From a virus, in the IMG/VR virus record IMGVR_UViG_3300025617_000007, positions 64,001 through 128,000 of that record: a stretch of DNA of 64,000 nt. One strand, 5' to 3'. The notes beneath the pieces were generated by a model. It made no database searches. It saw only the letters and a program-made list of their open reading frames with translations, and was not told the origin of the DNA. This document shows, one piece after another, positions 38,172-46,994 of this stretch. Numbering within the stretch: position 1 is the first letter of the stretch; every line of letters starts with the position of its first letter. Made by a program: the position numbers and the translations under genes.

Positions 38172-38546
38172 ATGGCAAGACCTAAGAAAAAAGAAATAGT
38201 ATTAAGTAAAGACTCAGTTCTTTCTCTATTACAAGAAATCTACAATGAATTAGTAGAACAAAGAGCGACTGCCGTAAGAATTCAAAACAAAATGTTGGCA
38301 ATGTTAAAGGACCCTGAAGATATGACGGTTATTGGTCCTGTAATTAAAGAACAACAAAAGATTATAAATGACACCATAGAAAAGAAATTAACTTTATCTA
38401 AATTACAGTCAACAATATGGGAGAAGTCGAATAGTAATACTGAAGAAAGTTTTAGTTTATCCGATATGGATGATGATGTATTACAATCACTAATTCAAAA
38501 AGATTTAGATAATGATAATAAAAATGATGGTTATAAATTAGATTAA
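38172..38546 (+). CDS. Hypothetical coiled-coil protein
   Basis: Late motif 5 nt upstream of the ATG. Confidence 0.55.
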   Translation: MARPKKKEIVLSKDSVLSLLQEIYNELVEQRATAVRIQNKMLAMLKDPEDMTVIGPVIKEQQKIINDTIEKKLTLSKLQSTIWEKSNSNTEESFSLSDMDDDVLQSLIQKDLDNDNKNDGYKLD

Positions 38547-38558
38547 ATATTAACCATT

Positions 38559-40514
38559 ATGTCAGACAAAGATTCTAAATTAAAAAAAATAAAGACTAAA
38601 ACTAAGTCCTTTGTTACTACAAAACAAACTCAAACTGACGAGTTAAAAATCAAAAAACAAAACTTAGCAGACAACTTTGCACAAACCAAAAGTGAGTCGT
38701 TAAAACAACTTAACGCAATGGGTGATATTAAACAAAGAGCCCAACAACAAGTAAAAACCACTTTTGATGAATTAGTTGACATATTCAAAGAAACAGTACC
38801 TAACCCAAAAAATTCAGGTTCTAGTACGATTGATTTCTTAATTAAACAAGTATTAACTGCCAGTGAGAATACCAAAAGTCGAATGAATGAAATAGTTGCG
38901 GACGAGGTATTACACGTTGCAGGTTGTTCTGAAGAACAAACATTCAACTCACAACAAAAATTATACATTAAAGTTTCAGAAATTGATTTAAGAGGTTTAT
39001 TAAAAAACTCTCCTGATTCTGAACCTTGGAGTTTAAAGTACGAATCCTCACCAATAAGTGTGGGTCAGACTCCATTTTCGATGGATAAGGAGCTTTATAA
39101 TAGGTTACAGAACCAAGGGGTTTCATTTAACCAAGAATATGGTAACAAATATATTGGTGCATCAGGGAGTGGAATTTTCGACATTAAATACGTTAATAGT
39201 TATGTTGATGGTGGTACGACATTTTATGGTGATTTTTATGAAGTCGCTTTAGATAATAGAATTAAAGGTAACAATGTTGGTGATTTTTTAAGGGACTATT
39301 ATGGGTCAATCGATATTGTTAATTTTGATATGGTTTCTGTTGAGATTATGAATCTTTTAACAAACTTTATTGACATATCGGGAGGAATATCTCTTGAAAA
39401 GAAAGAGGACCAAAGTAGAATGTCTATAATATTACAAAGAATATTAGGTCTATGTTTTGACAATACAAAAGAGATTGATGTTCAAGGTACCGCGAAGGTC
39501 GGCCAATTAGATAATTTGGACCAATCGTTTTTTGAATTAAGCCCGACAGATTTAAAGAATATAGAAACCGAAATTAATAATGTTGTTGAGGGTATTACAG
39601 AGTTTACCGATTGTGATAATGTTAAATTTCCAGTAAATACCGAATCTATAATATCTTCAATGAAGAAAATTAGGGACGAGGATAAGAACGCCAATAAAAA
39701 AATAGACGAATTAATGAAGGCTGTTAATGACATGTCTAAAGACCAAGATTGGAAATTAAATTTACCTTCAGGTGTTAATTTTAATTTGAATGTTGCAATA
39801 AACAACGATTTTTTAAAGATTATACCTAAAGGTTTAATGTTATCTATTCTATCACCAAAAATGTTATTAGGGTTATTCATCGTGTTAAAGTCAGTAAATC
39901 CTAGTTTTTCATTAAGTTTAAATATAGATGACTTCAAATCATTTTTAGCCAAGTTTGGTAAATTTGTGGTCAATCTAATGAGTAAAATTGCCGCGATTTT
40001 TATTGAAGAATTGTTTGAGTTAATTAAAAAAAATATTAGATTATTAGTCGAAACTCTATTACTGGAAATTGTTAAAGAATCTAAAGATAAAATAGCTGTC
40101 ATTATTAGTTCTGTAATTTTTATCTTAATACAAACAGTTTCAGGTGTAATTGATTATAGAGAATGTAATAGTTTAGTTGATGAAATATTAAAATTATTGA
40201 ATTTGGGTGCTGCAGTTTTAGGGGTTTCAATACCTTCATTTGCATTAGCTGCGAGTTCATTACTTGGTGGTTTTTCACCGACAAGGGCAATGGCAGAAGT
40301 TACAGAAAGGTTACAAGGATTAGGTGTACCAACAGGGGACTTACCAAGTGGAGCACCTAATATTGCATTACCTGCAATCGCTCAACAAATAAAAGGTACT
40401 TATCAAGAACAATTAGCAAATGGTAAAGTTGAGGTATTTGTACCTCCATTAGCGGTTCCACCAGTTGTTGCGGGTTCTACAGTACCTGCAAAGGCATCGG
40501 GTAAATTCTTTTAA
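38559..40514 (+). CDS. 651-aa putative virion/baseplate protein with hydrophobic C-terminal segments
   Basis: Long ORF upstream of the spike gene; several apolar stretches. Confidence 0.45.
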   Translation: MSDKDSKLKKIKTKTKSFVTTKQTQTDELKIKKQNLADNFAQTKSESLKQLNAMGDIKQRAQQQVKTTFDELVDIFKETVPNPKNSGSSTIDFLIKQVLTASENTKSRMNEIVADEVLHVAGCSEEQTFNSQQKLYIKVSEIDLRGLLKNSPDSEPWSLKYESSPISVGQTPFSMDKELYNRLQNQGVSFNQEYGNKYIGASGSGIFDIKYVNSYVDGGTTFYGDFYEVALDNRIKGNNVGDFLRDYYGSIDIVNFDMVSVEIMNLLTNFIDISGGISLEKKEDQSRMSIILQRILGLCFDNTKEIDVQGTAKVGQLDNLDQSFFELSPTDLKNIETEINNVVEGITEFTDCDNVKFPVNTESIISSMKKIRDEDKNANKKIDELMKAVNDMSKDQDWKLNLPSGVNFNLNVAINNDFLKIIPKGLMLSILSPKMLLGLFIVLKSVNPSFSLSLNIDDFKSFLAKFGKFVVNLMSKIAAIFIEELFELIKKNIRLLVETLLLEIVKESKDKIAVIISSVIFILIQTVSGVIDYRECNSLVDEILKLLNLGAAVLGVSIPSFALAASSLLGGFSPTRAMAEVTERLQGLGVPTGDLPSGAPNIALPAIAQQIKGTYQEQLANGKVEVFVPPLAVPPVVAGSTVPAKASGKFF

Positions 40515-40516
40515 TT

Positions 40517-40714
40517 ATGGATATTGAAAAAGTAAAAAAAGTAATAGTAGATTATGAAAGTAGACCTAATAAAGATTTACTTGAAGTGATGGATTTCCTT
40601 CAAAATGATTTTGAAGAAACTAAAAAGACTCTTATTGAGTTAACGAGACATTTAGACGGGACAGAAACTGTCTATAATAAGATTTTGAAAGAATATAAAA
40701 AAAGAACTAAGTAA
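40517..40714 (+). CDS. Hypothetical coiled-coil protein
   Basis: Coupled to the next gene (TAATG). Confidence 0.55.
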   Translation: MDIEKVKKVIVDYESRPNKDLLEVMDFLQNDFEETKKTLIELTRHLDGTETVYNKILKEYKKRTK

Positions 40715-42273
40715 TGAATCAAAATAATTTACCATACAATAATAGAGTATTTTATTATGGAGAATGTATAGATAATAAAGACCCTGATGGTTTAGGTCGT
40801 ATTCGTGCAATTTTAAAAAGTGAAAATACTGCAGATAGAGAATTAAGTACAGGTCAGGGTAATGGTTTACAAAAAAAAGATGAGTGGACTAGTAAAGACC
40901 CTTTTGTTATTAGACCTTTATTACCTGTATTTGTAAATACGATTCCTAAAGAAAAAGAATTCGTACACTTAATTTATTCTAATTCTGATGACAAGTCAAA
41001 CAAGGATAAATTTTACATCGGTGGTGTACACTCAAGTTTGACGACATTAAATCAAGAACCTTATGAGTCTGCAGTGAAGAACGCAAACTTAGGTAGTCGT
41101 GATAAAGATAGAAAAAAATATAGAAATAAGTTAACAGGTGAAGAGACTGACCCTAAGACTAAAGGAGTTTATTCAAAACCTAACGATATTTCTATTAATG
41201 GTAGAGGGAGTGCAGATATTATAATTCAAGATGATAGTGTTTTATTAAGAGCCGGTAAATTTAACACCAACCCAACACCTAACGTTTATCCTATTGGTAA
41301 CGACAACAGAGCCTTTTTACAATTAAGTAAATATAATGAAAAGATAGTTTACGGGGAACCTAAAAAATTTAAAAAGTTCAAGTTTGAGGACAAACCAATA
41401 AAATTACTTATTGAGTACAATATTCAAAACCCTGAAAATAACTCAGATAGTTATACAGGTCAACTTTTTATTTACACATTACAACCCACAGAAAAAACAG
41501 GAACTCAAAACTTTACAATATCTTCGGATGTTGAGGCTGAGAAAAGTTTGTTTAAAACTTTTTCATTTAACGCTTTAAGTAAAAGTAAAATAACTGAGTT
41601 GGTAAATGCTGTTTTACAAGGCATTTGTGAAGGTTTAATACCTTATATGAAAGATATTAGTCCATCCATACAACCTGAAGGTCCGTTTGGTATAGATAAA
41701 GGATTAAGTTTTCCTTTTTACTTTAGACCTCAACAATCACTTTATGATAAATTAAAATCCGATACCACTCCCACGTCTGAAAAATTATTCATAACTAACC
41801 TTATGTCAGGGATTAAGATTAACGAATCTGACGCAAATGGGGGTTATGGTTTGGTTTACGATGACACTAAGAGGACTACGGTACCTTACGTTGCCGAAGA
41901 TAATAATGTGATACCAAAAAATGTATTACCTATTAATAATACTGCGGCTCTAATGGGTGGTGATTATCTTTATCTATTATCTCATAAATCAAGTAATTCA
42001 GGTGGACAAATTAATTTAAGTGATACTTTATATGGGGTTGGAAATAGAATTGTTAGTGATGAAATTGAACCAAAAACTTCATCAATGGTAAGAGGTGAGG
42101 AACTTATAGAATTACTTGACTTGATTGTTCAATTTTTAGTGGGACATGTTCACCCTTGGCATGGTATGATACCTGATGGTACTTCAGTTAATGGAGTCAG
42201 TGTTGAAAACATACTTAAGGAATTAAGAAATGCAAATCAAAAGATATTAAACAAGTATATTCGTATAAACTAA
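40714..42273 (+). CDS. Baseplate central spike/hub, gp5/gpV-like
   Basis: N-terminal OB-fold 'GECIDNKDPDGLGRIRA'; C-terminal HVH motif. Confidence 0.7.
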   Translation: MNQNNLPYNNRVFYYGECIDNKDPDGLGRIRAILKSENTADRELSTGQGNGLQKKDEWTSKDPFVIRPLLPVFVNTIPKEKEFVHLIYSNSDDKSNKDKFYIGGVHSSLTTLNQEPYESAVKNANLGSRDKDRKKYRNKLTGEETDPKTKGVYSKPNDISINGRGSADIIIQDDSVLLRAGKFNTNPTPNVYPIGNDNRAFLQLSKYNEKIVYGEPKKFKKFKFEDKPIKLLIEYNIQNPENNSDSYTGQLFIYTLQPTEKTGTQNFTISSDVEAEKSLFKTFSFNALSKSKITELVNAVLQGICEGLIPYMKDISPSIQPEGPFGIDKGLSFPFYFRPQQSLYDKLKSDTTPTSEKLFITNLMSGIKINESDANGGYGLVYDDTKRTTVPYVAEDNNVIPKNVLPINNTAALMGGDYLYLLSHKSSNSGGQINLSDTLYGVGNRIVSDEIEPKTSSMVRGEELIELLDLIVQFLVGHVHPWHGMIPDGTSVNGVSVENILKELRNANQKILNKYIRIN

Positions 42274-42294
42274 GTATTTATATTAAAAGAATAT

Positions 42295-43764
42295 ATGTCA
42301 GTTTATAAATCATATTTTAGTAGAAACAATACCTTAGTTTATAATTCTTACGCAAACACGGGTAAAAATCCTATCGTAGAGTTATTTTTCGGTAGAGTAG
42401 ATAACGTATTATTACCTAAAGGTTTTAGTCGTTTTATTTTCGATATAGATTTAGAATCTTTAACAAAAAAAGTTAACGATGGTGAAATATCAATAGAGTC
42501 AGGTTGTACTCGTAATATGACACATAAACTAAAAATGGTTAATTCTTCAGCATTTGATAAAGAATTGTTAAATGATAAGTGGTCAAACGGAAGACGTAGA
42601 GCAACATCATTTGATTTAGTATTATTCAGAATACCTAAATCTTTAGGTAATGAAGGTAATCCACAACCATGGGACGAAGGTGTAGGTTATGACTACTATA
42701 ACTTTAACCAATTGCCTACCGACAAATCTTACTCTGACAGACCATCAAATTGGTTTGAGGCTAAAACTGTGAATAATTGGTCATTACCTGGTTTATACGA
42801 TAATGAAAACAATCAATCGACTTCAGGTCTTAACTTTTCAGGGTTAAATATTATCGATACTCAACACTTTGAATTTGGTAATGAAGATATTGAGTTCGAT
42901 ATGACAGATGAGATTAATAATATCTTAACAGGGTCAACAACAGGTGTTACAGGATGGGGAATAGCATTCTATCCTGAAGTTGAAAATATTACAGGTTTAA
43001 CCGAAAATTATTCTGTAGGTTTTTTCTCTCGACACACACAAACATTCTACGAACCATATTTAGAGACTAATTACGATGACTTAATTCAAGATGACCGTAA
43101 TATATTTTACACTGAAAAATCTAATAAATTATATCTTTATAGTTACAAATTTGGAATACCTCAAGACTTCGATGAAAACCCTACTGTTGACATATTAAAA
43201 TCCGATGGTTCTCCTTTATTAGTTAATTTAGAAACTTGTAAGGTAACTAATGGTGTTTATGAAGTTGAGGTTAGTGGAATTACTTCCACTTCAACCCCTT
43301 GTATGTATTATGACGTATGGAAAGGATTAATTATTGATGGTACGACCATAAACTCAGTTGAAAATGAATTTGTACTTAACGATTTATCTGAACTATATCA
43401 AATAGGTTCAACAACTAATGAACCGTCAATATATGGATTTGATTTCTACGGTATCAAACAAGATGAAAAGATTTTAGGGTCAGATACTCGTAAAGTTAGT
43501 GTAATAATTAAAAAGGCATATACGACTAATGAAGTTTTAAGTAAAGTTAAAGCATATTATAGGATTTATGTTAGAGAAGGAAAAACAGAAGTCCAAGTTC
43601 AAGATTGGACACTACTTAACCGAACACCTGATGGGTATTATTTCATTTTTAATACTGACGATAAGATACCAAATGAATATTTTATTGATTTAAAAGTAGT
43701 TACAGATAGAGAAGTGAATACTTATAAAAGAGAACTTAAGTTCCAAATAGTAAATAGAAAATAA
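42295..43764 (+). CDS. Virion structural protein (baseplate-associated)
   Basis: Late motif at 42275-42282; beta-rich composition. Confidence 0.45.
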   Translation: MSVYKSYFSRNNTLVYNSYANTGKNPIVELFFGRVDNVLLPKGFSRFIFDIDLESLTKKVNDGEISIESGCTRNMTHKLKMVNSSAFDKELLNDKWSNGRRRATSFDLVLFRIPKSLGNEGNPQPWDEGVGYDYYNFNQLPTDKSYSDRPSNWFEAKTVNNWSLPGLYDNENNQSTSGLNFSGLNIIDTQHFEFGNEDIEFDMTDEINNILTGSTTGVTGWGIAFYPEVENITGLTENYSVGFFSRHTQTFYEPYLETNYDDLIQDDRNIFYTEKSNKLYLYSYKFGIPQDFDENPTVDILKSDGSPLLVNLETCKVTNGVYEVEVSGITSTSTPCMYYDVWKGLIIDGTTINSVENEFVLNDLSELYQIGSTTNEPSIYGFDFYGIKQDEKILGSDTRKVSVIIKKAYTTNEVLSKVKAYYRIYVREGKTEVQVQDWTLLNRTPDGYYFIFNTDDKIPNEYFIDLKVVTDREVNTYKRELKFQIVNRK

Positions 43765-44024
43765 TGAAAATAAAAATAACTGAACAGGAATTGATGGAGA
43801 TTATAACTCGTGTTATCAACGAGAAGAAAAAATCTAAGAAGAAAAAATCTAAGAAGAAAAAATCTAAAAAAGACACTACTCTTTGTTCGAGAGGTAAAAA
43901 TGCCGCAAAGGCCAAATATGACGTGTATCCGTCCGCATACGCTAATGGATACGCGGTTCAAGTGTGTAAAGGTAAAATGCCGGGACTGGATGGTGAAAAA
44001 AGATGTTCGGGTAAGTATTGTTAG
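43764..44024 (+). CDS. Small basic protein: leader + (KSKKK)n + Cys-containing module
   Basis: MKIKITEQELMEIITRVINE, Lys repeats, LCSRGKNAAKAKYDVYPSAYANGYA. Confidence 0.65.
   Translation: MKIKITEQELMEIITRVINEKKKSKKKKSKKKKSKKDTTLCSRGKNAAKAKYDVYPSAYANGYAVQVCKGKMPGLDGEKRCSGKYC
43823..43868 (+). repeat. 15-bp tandem repeat (aagaaaaaatctaag, about 3 copies) encoding KKKSK
   Basis: Direct reading. Confidence 0.85.
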
Positions 44025-44048
44025 ATTAAAAAATATTATCTACATTTG
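44018..44048 (+). promoter_or_regulatory. Bacteroidota-type promoter TTG-N20-TACATTTG
   Basis: Matches the TAnnTTTG -7 element; lies upstream of ATG 44068. Confidence 0.55.
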
Positions 44049-44067
44049 TAATATAAAACTAATTAAG

Positions 44068-44253
44068 ATGAACCAAACGATATACCAATTAATTAAAGTT
44101 AAAAAAGACAATACTGAAAAAATTGTTTTAGAAACAGGCGCATCATCAATAGAGAGAGCTATGGATTATTTTTATTTTGAAAAACCAAGGGCTTATTCTA
44201 ATAAGAAATATAGAATATCCATCAAACAAGAGGAACATAAAATAGTTAGTTAG
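44068..44253 (+). CDS. 61-aa hypothetical protein (true start probably 44068, MNQTIYQL)
   Basis: Promoter-like site directly upstream; the track start at 43810 overlaps the previous gene out of frame. Confidence 0.5.
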   Translation: MNQTIYQLIKVKKDNTEKIVLETGASSIERAMDYFYFEKPRAYSNKKYRISIKQEEHKIVS

Positions 44254-44804
44254 GTTAATTTACTAATCACCCATTTATAACCAACATCACCACCGTGAGA
44301 TAACCAATCAACATACTCGGTATGTTTTTCAGGTCTACCCTTAAATCCCTCGTTAAGTGTTACAGAAGTCTTTTTAGAATCAAAAAAACTTTTTAATCTC
44401 ATCATCTCTTCTTTGGTTATAACTTTCTTATCAATCAATTTAAGAGAAAATTTATTGACATTTTTAGACTTTTTACCGTAAAAAATACCCTTCTTCATCT
44501 CATTTATAACAATTTTAGGTATTAGGTATTTATCATTATTTTCAAATACGACTATTTTAAGGTCGTCAGAACCTTTAATTACTCTATGGTATGTCTCTTT
44601 AGGTATAAAGTATTTTTCACCTTCTCGTAGGACCTGAGGTATCTCCTCGTCCATTTGTAGTCTCCATTCACTTCCTGACTCAACAAAAACTATACGGTCA
44701 AATTTGTCTTTATGCCATTTTAACTCATCGTTATCTACAGATTCAGAAAACACTCTTCTGAATTTATTATGTGATATATTTTCTTGTGTATAAATCATTA
44801 CCAA
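44250..44804 (-). CDS. Cupin-like domain fused to a second conserved phage domain
   Basis: 'LKWHKD...IPKETYHRVIKG' cupin pattern; VINE at the domain boundary. Confidence 0.5.
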   Translation of the reverse strand: MVMIYTQENISHNKFRRVFSESVDNDELKWHKDKFDRIVFVESGSEWRLQMDEEIPQVLREGEKYFIPKETYHRVIKGSDDLKIVVFENNDKYLIPKIVINEMKKGIFYGKKSKNVNKFSLKLIDKKVITKEEMMRLKSFFDSKKTSVTLNEGFKGRPEKHTEYVDWLSHGGDVGYKWVISKLT

Positions 44805-45679
44805 TATCTCCCCGATACATTTTTACCAAAATCTTTATGTGCTCTACACGCCCAATAACCCGCCTTTGTCTTATCCTTTTTCTTAGCACATTGGTGTCTC
44901 GCAGCAAATGATTTACGAGCAGCAGGGTCATTCCATTTGGCGGTCATCACAGGAGAACCATAAGATACCTTCTTAATCTTACCTGTCTTAGGATTACGTA
45001 CATATACATACCATTTCTTTGAACCACCTGATTTAGGTTTGTTCAATTCAACGTCCTTACCCTGATACTCCGCTTCATTAATCATCGGATAATCCAAAGG
45101 TAATCTCTCACCTTCATAGATAAAGAACTTACCCAAATCACTTTCTAAAAGTCTGTTATCTTTTTCTCTATTATAATGTCCTTTCTCCTTGAGTTCTCTC
45201 GCCTCATTAATGACGGAGAAGTATTTATCACTACCTCTACGGAAAATATTTTCAGATAAAGAAATGCCGTTATCAATATGGTACTGCAATTCTTCGGAAA
45301 CTTCATACTTTATTTCGTTATATTCTTTTAATATTTTTTTAATAATATTAGTGTCGACTGATTCTTTTTTGTAATTTTTAACTTTAATTCGTGTAGGCTT
45401 TTGACCTTTACCTGTTTGAGGGTCCTTTTTTTCTTTTTCCCTCTTTCTACGACAAGCAGAATCTTTTTCTTTTTGAGACATTTTACCAGCAACACCTGCA
45501 CCTCGACATACAGGGTAACCTCCTTTATCCGCATCTTTACGACCACAAGGAGGGTGACCTCCACCTTTTTTCTTTTTACAAATGTTTACCCACGGTCCTT
45601 TAGGTTGTGAAGAACCTTTCTTCTTTTTTTTCTTACCAAACCATACTGATAAATCTTCTGATAAAATATATTCACTCAT
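44798..45679 (-). CDS. Basic multi-module protein (probable head-packaged DNA-binding protein)
   Basis: K/R/C/G-rich module, linker, middle module, then 'EAEYQGKDVELNKP...SFAARHQC...YWACR'. Confidence 0.55.
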   Translation of the reverse strand: MSEYILSEDLSVWFGKKKKKKGSSQPKGPWVNICKKKKGGGHPPCGRKDADKGGYPVCRGAGVAGKMSQKEKDSACRRKREKEKKDPQTGKGQKPTRIKVKNYKKESVDTNIIKKILKEYNEIKYEVSEELQYHIDNGISLSENIFRRGSDKYFSVINEARELKEKGHYNREKDNRLLESDLGKFFIYEGERLPLDYPMINEAEYQGKDVELNKPKSGGSKKWYVYVRNPKTGKIKKVSYGSPVMTAKWNDPAARKSFAARHQCAKKKDKTKAGYWACRAHKDFGKNVSGRYW

Positions 45680-45758
45680 ACTTGATTATTATAATACTTT
45701 TATTATCTATTAGATAAATATAACTGAGAATAAACTTTTCACTTAAATAAGAAAGAAA

Positions 45759-46160
45759 ATGGCAAGAGCAAAAAAAACAGAAGAGTCGGAAGAGACAAAA
45801 AAACCGACAACACGTAAGACAAGAACTAAATCAACAGAGAAAAAACCTGTTGAGGAAGTAGTAAATGAAGTATTGGAAGATAAACCTGATGAGAATACAT
45901 CTTCTGAGGACCAACCTCAACCAATTGGGTCTTTATTTAATACAATCAATTACAATAACACTGCGGATTTAGACCGTTTCATTAGTGACCTAACACCTGA
46001 CCAAGCACTATACTGTGTTGTACAGGCCGCAAGAGCTGCTCACCAAAGAAGTGCGTATGGAATTGAAGAATCTGAAGTTATTTCAAAAGCAATCAGAGTG
46101 TTAACAACACCTCAAGAACCTCAACAAGATGTTCCTGAACCTGAAGTTCACAAAGCTTAA
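45759..46160 (+). CDS. Hypothetical protein
   Basis: ORF followed by a hairpin and U-tract. Confidence 0.55.
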   Translation: MARAKKTEESEETKKPTTRKTRTKSTEKKPVEEVVNEVLEDKPDENTSSEDQPQPIGSLFNTINYNNTADLDRFISDLTPDQALYCVVQAARAAHQRSAYGIEESEVISKAIRVLTTPQEPQQDVPEPEVHKA

Positions 46161-46177
46161 TTAATTAAACTTTATTG

Positions 46178-46203
46178 AAGGGGACTTAATTGTCCCCTTT
46201 TTT
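46178..46203 (+). terminator. Intrinsic terminator
   Basis: aagggac-ttaatt-gtcccct followed by a T-tract. Confidence 0.65.
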
Positions 46204-46407
46204 ATGCAAAAAACTATGGATATAAAAGATATAAGTTCAAGAATTTATAAATTATCGTCAGAAATTACAAAGGCAGTCATAAATGGTCATAAAGCACACG
46301 ACCATGATAAATTTAGAGAACATCGTAGAGAGTTGGTTGAATTACGGTGTCAGTATTTTGGTAAGGATTCTAAACTATGTAAAAATGAAAGAAAAAATTT
46401 TAGGTAG
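46204..46407 (+). CDS. Hypothetical protein
   Basis: 67-aa ORF; the start may be a later ATG. Confidence 0.45.
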   Translation: MQKTMDIKDISSRIYKLSSEITKAVINGHKAHDHDKFREHRRELVELRCQYFGKDSKLCKNERKNFR

Positions 46408-46956
46408 TTAATTATAAAAGAAATAACCAAAATCAATTATATCAATTGAAACGTAGTAATTGTTTTCGTTCTCAATTACATATGTTCCCATAATCATAGT
46501 ATGTCCTTTAGTGTCTGAATTTGTGTTGAAAAGTATTTCATTATGTTGTTCTGAAGATTTAAAACTATTAATTACCTGATTAACAAACTTATCATAACTC
46601 TCAAAACCCCACACATCTACACACACTTCACCAATACCATATTTTAATCTAGTGGTATCAATATTGTTAATCAATCCATACTCTACTCTAATAGAGTTAA
46701 TAATATCTTTTACGTCACTTTTTGGTATGTTTGGGTGAAACAGACTATCTTCTTCCGAGATAATAGTGGAAACTTTTTTACTATACCCTAAACCGAAGTC
46801 TAATGAGAGGGATAGGGTATCAACACCATTTTGAATACGAATTTGATTAACCTTTTTTACAAGTAATTTAGAAAATACAACATTATCGAACGTATTTTGG
46901 GAGTATACATTTAGACCGAATAATAAAGTTGTTAAGATTAATAGTATTTTTTTCAT
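46408..46956 (-). CDS. Secreted CAP/SCP-like protein with Sec signal peptide
   Basis: MKKILLILTTLLFGLNVYS|Q; 'VNQIR...G...L' and 'SFKSSEQHNEIL' CAP-like motifs. Confidence 0.6.
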   Translation of the reverse strand: MKKILLILTTLLFGLNVYSQNTFDNVVFSKLLVKKVNQIRIQNGVDTLSLSLDFGLGYSKKVSTIISEEDSLFHPNIPKSDVKDIINSIRVEYGLINNIDTTRLKYGIGEVCVDVWGFESYDKFVNQVINSFKSSEQHNEILFNTNSDTKGHTMIMGTYVIENENNYYVSIDIIDFGYFFYN

Positions 46957-46960
46957 ATAA

Positions 46961-46991
46961 CAAATATACGAAAAATAATGTAAACCACAAA
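46961..46991 (-). promoter_or_regulatory. Bacteroidota sigma-A promoter TTTG-N19-TATATTTG
   Basis: Exact match to the -33/-7 consensus, immediately upstream of ATG 46956. Confidence 0.75.
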
Positions 46992-46994
46992 ATA

